Source: Candidatus Omnitrophota bacterium (GTDB taxonomy: Bacteria; Omnitrophota; Gorgyraeia; 2-01-FULL-45-10). Taken from it: DNA of 61,669 bases. The position numbers and the translations under genes were made by a program. Below are positions 47,368-54,613 of this stretch, piece by piece (the stretch's first letter is position 1; every line of letters starts with the position of its first letter). The DNA lies in the NCBI GenBank assembly GCA_029004355.1, contig JAQURV010000001.1, forward strand, positions 1 to 61,669, given 5' to 3'. The notes under the pieces are model-generated. The model was not told the DNA's origin and ran no database searches. It saw nothing but the letters and a program-made list of their open reading frames with translations.

Positions 47368-48069
47368 ATGGCTGATGGTATAAATTTATCGGTTGTTATG
47401 CCGGTCTACAACGAGAAGGAGTTTGTCCTTACGATCATAAGTAAGGTACTCTCGCTCGATATGGTCAAAGAGCTGATAGTGGTCGATGATTATTCCACGG
47501 ACGGGACGCGCGATATCCTGAAGGATACCAGGTTCGACGGAAGGGTCAGCGTATACTATCACGACAAGAACATGGGCAAGGGCGCCGCGCTGCGCACGGG
47601 ATTTTCTCACGCGACAAAAGATATCGTAGTGGTGCAGGATGCGGACCTGGAATACGACCCGGAAGAGTTCAAGGAGATGATAAAGCCGATCGCCGACGGG
47701 CGGGCGGATGTCGTCTACGGGTCGAGGCTTTCGGGCGGGAAGACGCAGAGGGTCTACATGTTCTGGCACAGGGTCGGGAACGGCGTCCTTTCGTTCATCA
47801 CGAACTTTCTGTATAATTCCACGCTCACCGATATGGAGACCTGTTATAAGATGTTCACGAAGAAGGTGATCGACGGCATCAAGATAAAGTCCAATGACTT
47901 TTCCGTGGAACCGGAGCTTACCGCCAAGATCCTCAAGGATAAGTCTTTGAGGATATACGAGGTGCCCATATCTTATTACGGCAGGACATACGCCGAAGGC
48001 AAGAAGATATCCTGGAAGCACGGTTTCGGCGCTCTCTGGGCGCTTTTAAAGTATAGATTTACGGACTGA
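47368..48069 (+). CDS. Dpm1/GtrB-like GT2 (polyprenyl-phosphate sugar synthase type)
   Basis: I chose ATG 47368, so the track's start at 47290 is an overlap artefact. Motifs are LSVVMPVYNEKEFV, VVDDYSTDGT and VVQDADLEYDPEEF. Confidence 0.8.
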   Translation: MADGINLSVVMPVYNEKEFVLTIISKVLSLDMVKELIVVDDYSTDGTRDILKDTRFDGRVSVYYHDKNMGKGAALRTGFSHATKDIVVVQDADLEYDPEEFKEMIKPIADGRADVVYGSRLSGGKTQRVYMFWHRVGNGVLSFITNFLYNSTLTDMETCYKMFTKKVIDGIKIKSNDFSVEPELTAKILKDKSLRIYEVPISYYGRTYAEGKKISWKHGFGALWALLKYRFTD

Positions 48070-49448
48070 TGAAGATACTACTATTAAAACCATTCAATAA
48101 AAGCGACCATATCCAGCCCTCGCTGGGCCTTGGGTACCTCGCGCAGGCTATTCGCAAGGATCATGATGTGCGGATACTCGATTGCATAAAAGAGCGGATC
48201 GATGCGGATAGACTGGAAGGCGTGTTGGAAGAATACTCGCCCGACGTCCTCGGCATGCAATGCTATACCTTCGATCTCGGTTTCGTCGACGCCGCTCTCA
48301 AATCCGCAAAGGCGTTCAATAAGAAGATCGTGACCGTAGTCGGCGGGCCCCATCCTTCGGCCGCCTCGGCCGAAATGATGGATATCTTCAAGGATTCACT
48401 CGACTTCCTTTTTGCGGGAGAGGCGGAGATAGGATTCCCCAGGCTGCTGGAGCGCCTGAATAGCGGCGTTAAAGATCTTACGGGAGTGCCGGGGCTGGTC
48501 TGGAGGGAGGCCGGTATCTTAAGGTCGAATCCCAAAGCGGTGGTGGAAGATCTGGACCTTATACCGATGCCTGCGTGGGACCTCATCCGCCCCGAGACAT
48601 ATCCTGAGGCGCAGCACGGAGCTTTCTTTAAACAGTTCCCGATAGCGCCCATCATGATAACGCGAGGATGCCCCTATCCATGCACCTTCTGCGCCGGAGG
48701 AGTGGTCTCAGGAAAGAAGATCCGCCGCAGGTCGATCGCGACCGTACTCAAGGAACTGACCTACCTTAATAGAGAACGCGGAATAAAAGAGTTCCATGTG
48801 ATCGACGACAATTTCACCATGGATATGGCCTATGCTAAGGATTTCCTGAGGGCCCTTAAAACCCTGAACCTCGGCATGACATGGGCCGTTCCTAACGGCG
48901 TCAGGATGGATGCCCTGGATAACGAGCTTCTGGGCCTCATGAAGGAGACCGGGCTTTACATAATATCTTTAGGCATAGAATCCGGGTCCGACAGAGTACT
49001 TCGCGACATGAAGAAGAGCCTGACGACGGCTAAGATAAGAGAGTGCGTGAAGAAGATCAATGACGCCGGCATAGATGTTTCCGGGTTCTTTATCGTAGGC
49101 TTCCCGGGCGAGACCGAAGGATCTATAAAAGAGACGATACGCCTTTCGCTCGACCTGAAGCTTGTCAGGGCGAATTTCTTTACGTATCTTCCTTTTCCGG
49201 GATCCGAAAGTTACGAAAAATTAAGGTCGGCGAATAAGCTCCAGGGCATAGACTGGAAGAATTTCTATTTTATGACCGCCTCATATACGCCCGAAGGCCT
49301 TACGAGAAAGAAGCTGAAAAATCTACAGCGGCTCGCGTTTACCAGGTTCTACCTGAGGCCGCGCATAATCCTGTATAACCTGTTGTCGATACAGTCGTTC
49401 AGGCATCTGGCATTCCTATTCAAGAGGTTATTCCGATGGTTCGTCTAA
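48069..49448 (+). CDS. B12-binding-domain radical SAM protein (paralog 8)
   Basis: 459 aa. The start is at a TGATG junction with the upstream stop. Motifs are MKILLLKPF, TVVGGPHPSAASAE and ITRGCPYPCTFC. Confidence 0.85.
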   Translation: MKILLLKPFNKSDHIQPSLGLGYLAQAIRKDHDVRILDCIKERIDADRLEGVLEEYSPDVLGMQCYTFDLGFVDAALKSAKAFNKKIVTVVGGPHPSAASAEMMDIFKDSLDFLFAGEAEIGFPRLLERLNSGVKDLTGVPGLVWREAGILRSNPKAVVEDLDLIPMPAWDLIRPETYPEAQHGAFFKQFPIAPIMITRGCPYPCTFCAGGVVSGKKIRRRSIATVLKELTYLNRERGIKEFHVIDDNFTMDMAYAKDFLRALKTLNLGMTWAVPNGVRMDALDNELLGLMKETGLYIISLGIESGSDRVLRDMKKSLTTAKIRECVKKINDAGIDVSGFFIVGFPGETEGSIKETIRLSLDLKLVRANFFTYLPFPGSESYEKLRSANKLQGIDWKNFYFMTASYTPEGLTRKKLKNLQRLAFTRFYLRPRIILYNLLSIQSFRHLAFLFKRLFRWFV

Positions 49449-49843
49449 GGATATTTTATGTCACATTAGCGGCGTGGATGGTCCTATGGGGATGGTTTCT
49501 GATAAGGGATATCTTCGTAAAGGGCGGCATCAAGCATTACAAGGTCCTCATTACCAGGCCCTTCGAGGGAAAACGTTCGTATGTTACCGGGGATCGTCTA
49601 TATGAATTCCTGGCCTTCTCCAGGGCTAATCTGCCTCCGGATTCGAGTTTTTCTATCGTTGGACTGAAAGAAGGGGATGTCGAGAGGGTGAGGGCCGCTT
49701 ACTATCTCTATCCGCGCCTCGAGACGGACGACCCGCAATATGTGCTTGTTTATGACGCCCCGGATATCGAACGCGAGGGATATTACCAGATAGCAAAGCT
49801 CGACGGCTCCAGATATATACTGAAAAAGAGAAAGATGATGTAG
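49436..49843 (+). CDS. Small single-pass membrane-anchored protein of unknown function
   Basis: 135 aa with an N-terminal helix FYVTLAAWMVLWGWFLI and a soluble domain of about 100 aa. It overlaps the radical SAM gene by 13 nt and ends 1 nt before the GT-C candidate. Confidence 0.6.
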   Translation: MVRLRIFYVTLAAWMVLWGWFLIRDIFVKGGIKHYKVLITRPFEGKRSYVTGDRLYEFLAFSRANLPPDSSFSIVGLKEGDVERVRAAYYLYPRLETDDPQYVLVYDAPDIEREGYYQIAKLDGSRYILKKRKMM

Positions 49844-49844
49844 C

Positions 49845-51227
49845 TTGGAATTACTTCTACTATTTCTTACGGTGGTCTTTATAGTATTTACAGGCGCGAA
49901 TATCCTCTATATATTCTCCCGCCGCGGAAATGATCTCGCGCTTGCGGAGAACCTGTCTATTGCCTACGGGCTGGGCGTCGGATCTATAAGCCTCGAGATG
50001 CTTCTCCTCTCTCTCTTTAAGATGAAGTTCACATTCTTAAATCTTATCGTGCCCTGGCTTATTCTCCTTATTTTTAATGTCATTGTATTGTCACGGGCGG
50101 GAGCCGGGTTCCGCGGTACGCCGGCGCCGGCCGATAAAAGGGATCATAAATTTGATCTGCTGAAGGGTATATTATGGGCCGGGATAATCCTTGAGGTCTT
50201 TTACGCTTTCTTCAGGGCCCTCATAAGGCCGATAGAGTCTTATGACGCGGTAGCCATATACGCCATAAAATCGAAGATCTTTTACCTGGCGGGATCGATA
50301 CCCGCAGACTATTTCACGACGCTTGCGAAGCATTTCCCGCATCCCGATTATCCTCTGAATATACCCCTGATAGAGACGTTCGTCTATCTGACGCTTGGCG
50401 GCCTGAACGACCTGTTGGTAAAGATAATATTCCCTTTGTATTTCGTCGGGATACTGATACTCCTCTATTTCGCCATCAGGCGTTTTGCCGGCAGCACTTA
50501 CGCGCTCGTATTCACTTTTCTATTGGCGACCATTCCCCAATTTACCGCTTATGCCTGTAATGCTTATGTCGACCTGCCTCTGGCATACTACTGTTTCATA
50601 AGCGCCATCCTGCTCTTCGAATGGTTCAGGGACAGGAGCAAATACCGGTTCATCGTATTGTCGGCCGTAATGGCGGCCCTGGCGGGATGGACGAAGAACG
50701 AGGGGCTGATGTATTGCGCCGCATATCTCCTGACCATAATCATATTCTTAGCTTTTAACATTAAGAAAAATTCCGTGCGGGATTATATATACGTATTCTT
50801 CTCGTTTGCCATAATAGCCGCCATATCGGCCCCATGGCTGTTCTTAAAGAAACAGACCGGCCTGGCCAATGTCGATATGGGCGCGATGGACTTAAGCCCC
50901 GCCTACCTGGCCGGAAATCTTTACAAGCTTAAGCCCATCTTCTATGAATTCCAAAAAGAGATGTTCGGCCCGAAGAAATGGAATATCTTTTGGGTCGTCT
51001 CGTCCGTCATATTGATACTCCGTTTTAAGTCCGCGTTCAGCGGGATCCGGAGATATGTTACGATACTCTTGTGTCTTATGATATCCGGTTATATCCTGGC
51101 ATATATGGTATCGCCTATAGATGTAAGATATTTCCTGGCCAAGACGTGGTCGAGGTTCCTGCTCCACTTCCTCCCGATCTCTGTTTACTGGCTGGCCCTT
51201 ATATTAAAGGAAGACGTCGAGATATGA
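49845..51227 (+). CDS. GT-C-fold membrane glycosyltransferase candidate (ArnT/PMT_2-like), no soluble tail
   Basis: 460 aa with a TTG start and a polytopic layout. Motifs are IESYDAVAIYA...HFPHPDYPLNIPL and IFPLYFVGILILLYFAIRRFAG. Confidence 0.65.
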   Translation: MELLLLFLTVVFIVFTGANILYIFSRRGNDLALAENLSIAYGLGVGSISLEMLLLSLFKMKFTFLNLIVPWLILLIFNVIVLSRAGAGFRGTPAPADKRDHKFDLLKGILWAGIILEVFYAFFRALIRPIESYDAVAIYAIKSKIFYLAGSIPADYFTTLAKHFPHPDYPLNIPLIETFVYLTLGGLNDLLVKIIFPLYFVGILILLYFAIRRFAGSTYALVFTFLLATIPQFTAYACNAYVDLPLAYYCFISAILLFEWFRDRSKYRFIVLSAVMAALAGWTKNEGLMYCAAYLLTIIIFLAFNIKKNSVRDYIYVFFSFAIIAAISAPWLFLKKQTGLANVDMGAMDLSPAYLAGNLYKLKPIFYEFQKEMFGPKKWNIFWVVSSVILILRFKSAFSGIRRYVTILLCLMISGYILAYMVSPIDVRYFLAKTWSRFLLHFLPISVYWLALILKEDVEI

Positions 51228-51781
51228 GGCCTATCTTTATCGACAGGGATGGAGTGATAAATAAGGACCCGGGCGGGTGGACGGAACACAGTTACGTCAC
51301 GAACCGGGAAGATTTTCATTTTTTGCCCGGCGCAAAAGAGGCTTTAAGGCTGCTCAATGATAACGGGTATGATATAATCATAATCTCGAACCAGGGCGGA
51401 GTGAGCAAGAAATTTTTTTCCGAGAGCGCGCTTAACGAAGTGACCGGAAAGATGCTGGACGAGCTTAAAGAAGCCGGCGTGAGGATCGAAAAAGTGTACT
51501 ATTGCGTCCACCAGGACAGCGATAATTGCGATTGCCGGAAGCCGAAGACGGGACTCTTCCGGCAGGCCGAAGAAGAGCTCGGCATAACCGCTAAGGGTCA
51601 TTATTTTATAGGCGACGGTAAGATGGATGTCGAGGCCGGCAGGCGGGCAGGCTTAAAGACAGTTCTCGTCTTAAGCGGGAAGGCCTCGCTTGAGGCGATA
51701 GATGCGTGGGAGACGAAGCCGGATCATATAGTAGGAGACTTGATGGAAGCCGTTGAGGCGATCGTGAAAGGAGAGTTCTAA
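51224..51781 (+). CDS. gmhB: D-glycero-D-manno-heptose 1,7-bisphosphate phosphatase (HAD superfamily)
   Basis: ATG 51224 makes an ATGA overlap with the upstream stop. Motifs are IFIDRDGVINKD, IISNQGG, the Zn-site context YYCVHQDSDNCDCRKPKTGL, and IGDGKMDVEAG. Confidence 0.85.
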   Translation: MRPIFIDRDGVINKDPGGWTEHSYVTNREDFHFLPGAKEALRLLNDNGYDIIIISNQGGVSKKFFSESALNEVTGKMLDELKEAGVRIEKVYYCVHQDSDNCDCRKPKTGLFRQAEEELGITAKGHYFIGDGKMDVEAGRRAGLKTVLVLSGKASLEAIDAWETKPDHIVGDLMEAVEAIVKGEF

Positions 51782-52819
51782 GTGAAGATCCTTGTAACGG
51801 GCGGCGCGGGGATGGTCGGAAGTCACGCCGCGGAATATTACGCGTCAAGGCAGGAAGAGGTCATCGTCCTGGACAATCTTATGCGTTCGAAGCTCTTCGA
51901 GTATGATAAGAAGAGTGTTGAATATAACTGGAACTATCTCAAGAAATACCGGAAGATCAAAAGGATACGGGGCGATGTGAGGGACGCTCGCGACGTCTAT
52001 TCGGCCATCGGGAAAGGCGTGGACCTGTGCATCCACACGGCGGGCCAGCCCGGCGTGGGGCTCTCAGTCAAAGAACCGATGGAGGATTTCAGCATAAACG
52101 CTTACGGCACCCTGAACGTCCTTGAATGCCTGAGACAAAGATCGAAGGACGCATGTTTTGTATATTGCTCGACCAATAAAGTATTCGGCGAGAACGTCGA
52201 TAAGATAAAATTGGCCGAGAAAGAGAAGAGGTACGTTTTCGACGGGGAACGCGGCGTAAAGGAAGACCTGCAGGTAGACCTGACGGGACATACGCCTTAC
52301 GGGGCCAGTAAGTACACGGGCGATATCTATGCCCAGGAATATGCGCATATCTACGGTATGAAGACCGCGGTCTTCAGGATGAGCTGCATATACGGTATCC
52401 GCCAGTTCGGGTTCGAGGACCAGGGCTGGATAGCGCATTTTATCATATCGAACCTGCTGAAGCGCCCAATAACTATCTATGGCAATGGCAAACAGGTAAG
52501 GGATATGCTATATGTCGAGGATCTCGTTGCCGCATATGATAGATTTTTCAGGAGCGGGATAAGGCATGGCGTCTATAATATAGGAGGCGGCGCGGATAAG
52601 ACGACGTCGCTTTTGGAGCTGATAGAGAATATCGAGGCCGAGACCGGCATAAAGATGATATATAAGTTCGGCGACTGGCGGCCTTCGGACCAGAAGGTCT
52701 ATATCTCGGATATAACGAAAGTATCGAAAGAGCTGGATTGGCAGCCTAAAATAACGCCCTCTTACGGGATCAAGCTCCTGGTCGATTGGGTGAAGGACAA
52801 CATGAGGATATTCGAATGA
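51782..52819 (+). CDS. NAD-dependent epimerase/dehydratase (extended SDR; CDP-paratose-2-epimerase-like)
   Basis: 345 aa with a GTG start directly after the upstream stop. Motifs are GGAGMVGSHAAEYY, YGASK (YxxxK) and DQGWIAHF. Confidence 0.8.
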   Translation: MKILVTGGAGMVGSHAAEYYASRQEEVIVLDNLMRSKLFEYDKKSVEYNWNYLKKYRKIKRIRGDVRDARDVYSAIGKGVDLCIHTAGQPGVGLSVKEPMEDFSINAYGTLNVLECLRQRSKDACFVYCSTNKVFGENVDKIKLAEKEKRYVFDGERGVKEDLQVDLTGHTPYGASKYTGDIYAQEYAHIYGMKTAVFRMSCIYGIRQFGFEDQGWIAHFIISNLLKRPITIYGNGKQVRDMLYVEDLVAAYDRFFRSGIRHGVYNIGGGADKTTSLLELIENIEAETGIKMIYKFGDWRPSDQKVYISDITKVSKELDWQPKITPSYGIKLLVDWVKDNMRIFE

Positions 52820-53949
52820 AAAAGAAAAAAGTCTTGATATTGTACGCGACGGCGGGGATAGGCCACAAGAAAGCGGCCATGGCGGTGAAGGCGGCATTCG
52901 ATGAATTGAAGATCGCCGATGTCGAGGTGACTCTTGCCGACGCGCTCGACTACACCAATGCGTTCTTTAAATGGTCATACCTGGAGGCGTACCTCCTCAT
53001 GGTAAACAAGCTCCCGACGCTCTGGGGCTTCTTCTATTACTTTACGGATAATTTTTACGCCAACCTTATCGTATCGAAACTCCGCCGGTTAAATAACTGG
53101 CTCAATTCCGGTAAACTTGCAAAGTATCTTAAAGCTGAAAAACCGGACGTAGTTATCTCGACCCACTTCTTTGCGACCGAGGTGATATCGGAATTGAAAC
53201 GTTCAGGCAAGGTGGATTCGAAACTCATCACGGTCGTTACGGACTACAGGCTCCACTCCTGGTGGGTTGCGGGCCATACGGATATGTATGTAGTCGCCGG
53301 GCAGGATGCGCATGACGATCTCGTGAGGTGGGGGACGGATCCCTCGAGGGTAAAGATGCTGGGTATACCCGTCGAGCCTATATTCACGAAGAAATTCGAA
53401 AAGGCCGGGATAATCCGGGCGGCGGGCTTAAAAGAGGGGGTCTTCACCGTGCTCGTTATCGGCGGAGGCTTCGGCGTTGGGCCGATAGAGGATATCATTA
53501 AAACGATAGGCGACATTTCGCAGCCCATCCAGATCGTGACCGTCTGCGGACACAACGAGGAATTGGTTAAAAAGCTGGAGGCGTTGAAACCGTCGCTTAA
53601 GGCGGATATCAAGGTCTTCGGCTTCGTCAATAACGTCTATGATTATATGAGCATAGCTGATGTCCTTATCTCTAAGTCCGGAGGTATCACGGTATCCGAA
53701 AGCCTGACCAAGGAACTGCCGATGGTCATCATTGCGCCGATCATGGGCCAGGAGACCAGGAACAGCGATTATCTGATGAAGTATGGCGCTGCCGTGAAGA
53801 TAGCGAAAGCCTCGGATTTAAAAGAGGTGGTAGAGTATCTTGTGGCGCATCCGGAACGGATGGCGGCGATGAGAGAAGCGATCCGCGCGATACGGAAACC
53901 GCTTAGCTGTTACGATATCGCGAAACTATCGATAGATATATGCGGATAG
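52816..53949 (+). CDS. Diacylglycerol glycosyltransferase (MGDG-synthase/UgtP-like, GT28)
   Basis: ATG 52816 makes an ATGA overlap with the upstream stop. Motifs are KVLILYATAGIGHKKAAMAVKAAFDE and VLISKSGGITVSESLTKELPMVI. Confidence 0.75.
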   Translation: MKKKKVLILYATAGIGHKKAAMAVKAAFDELKIADVEVTLADALDYTNAFFKWSYLEAYLLMVNKLPTLWGFFYYFTDNFYANLIVSKLRRLNNWLNSGKLAKYLKAEKPDVVISTHFFATEVISELKRSGKVDSKLITVVTDYRLHSWWVAGHTDMYVVAGQDAHDDLVRWGTDPSRVKMLGIPVEPIFTKKFEKAGIIRAAGLKEGVFTVLVIGGGFGVGPIEDIIKTIGDISQPIQIVTVCGHNEELVKKLEALKPSLKADIKVFGFVNNVYDYMSIADVLISKSGGITVSESLTKELPMVIIAPIMGQETRNSDYLMKYGAAVKIAKASDLKEVVEYLVAHPERMAAMREAIRAIRKPLSCYDIAKLSIDICG

Positions 53950-54611
53950 AAGAGCTCGATTCCATAATAACGTCGATCAAATCTTACCTCGAACTTGAGA
54001 AGGCGTCGGGGGTAGAAGAATTTTATTCCTGCGCGGCGCAGGACGTTGCCACGGTCCAGGATGGCGCCGCCGGTGGTCTCGCGGCTCTCAGGAAGGAAGT
54101 CCTGGGCTGCCGTGAGTGCGATCTGAGCCGGACAAGGACTAACGTAGTCTTCGGCGCCGGTGACCCGAAGGCAAAGCTTATGTTCATAGGTGAAGCGCCG
54201 GGCGCGGACGAAGACGCCCAGGGCCTGCCGTTCGTGGGCCGAGCCGGGCAGCTGCTGACGAAGATAATCGAGGCCATGGGCCTGAAGAGGCAGGATGTAT
54301 ATATCGCTAACATACTAAAATGCAGGCCGCCGAATAACCGTCCGCCGCTTCCCACCGAGATACTTGCCTGCCGGGATAATGTAAGGCGCCAGGTCGAGAT
54401 GATAAAGCCCCGCGTGATATGCACCCTGGGTAAATTCGCCAGCCAGACGCTTCTAGGGACGGAGACGCCCATCTCGGCGCTTAGAGGGACTTTTCATGAA
54501 TATAACGGTACGAAGGTCATGCCTACTTTTCACCCCGCCTATCTCTTGAGGAACCCCGAAGACAAGAAACTGGTCTGGCAGGATATGAAGAAAGTTATGA
54601 AAGAGTTATAA
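53940..54611 (+). CDS. Uracil-DNA glycosylase, family 4
   Basis: 223 aa with [29 protein letters not shown] and HPAYLLR. Confidence 0.9.
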   Translation: MRIEELDSIITSIKSYLELEKASGVEEFYSCAAQDVATVQDGAAGGLAALRKEVLGCRECDLSRTRTNVVFGAGDPKAKLMFIGEAPGADEDAQGLPFVGRAGQLLTKIIEAMGLKRQDVYIANILKCRPPNNRPPLPTEILACRDNVRRQVEMIKPRVICTLGKFASQTLLGTETPISALRGTFHEYNGTKVMPTFHPAYLLRNPEDKKLVWQDMKKVMKEL

Positions 54612-54613
54612 AA

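Noticed and set aside
4977-52816. N-terminal extensions in the ORF track (starts at 4977, 15637, 25265, 28268, 36217, 37466, 38497, 47290, 51071, 52786).
   Set aside because: These extensions overlap the upstream gene by tens to hundreds of nt. Internal ATG codons abut or ATGA-overlap the upstream stop and give N termini that match the family (for example MKVLFIV, MKILITNP, MRPIFIDRDG).
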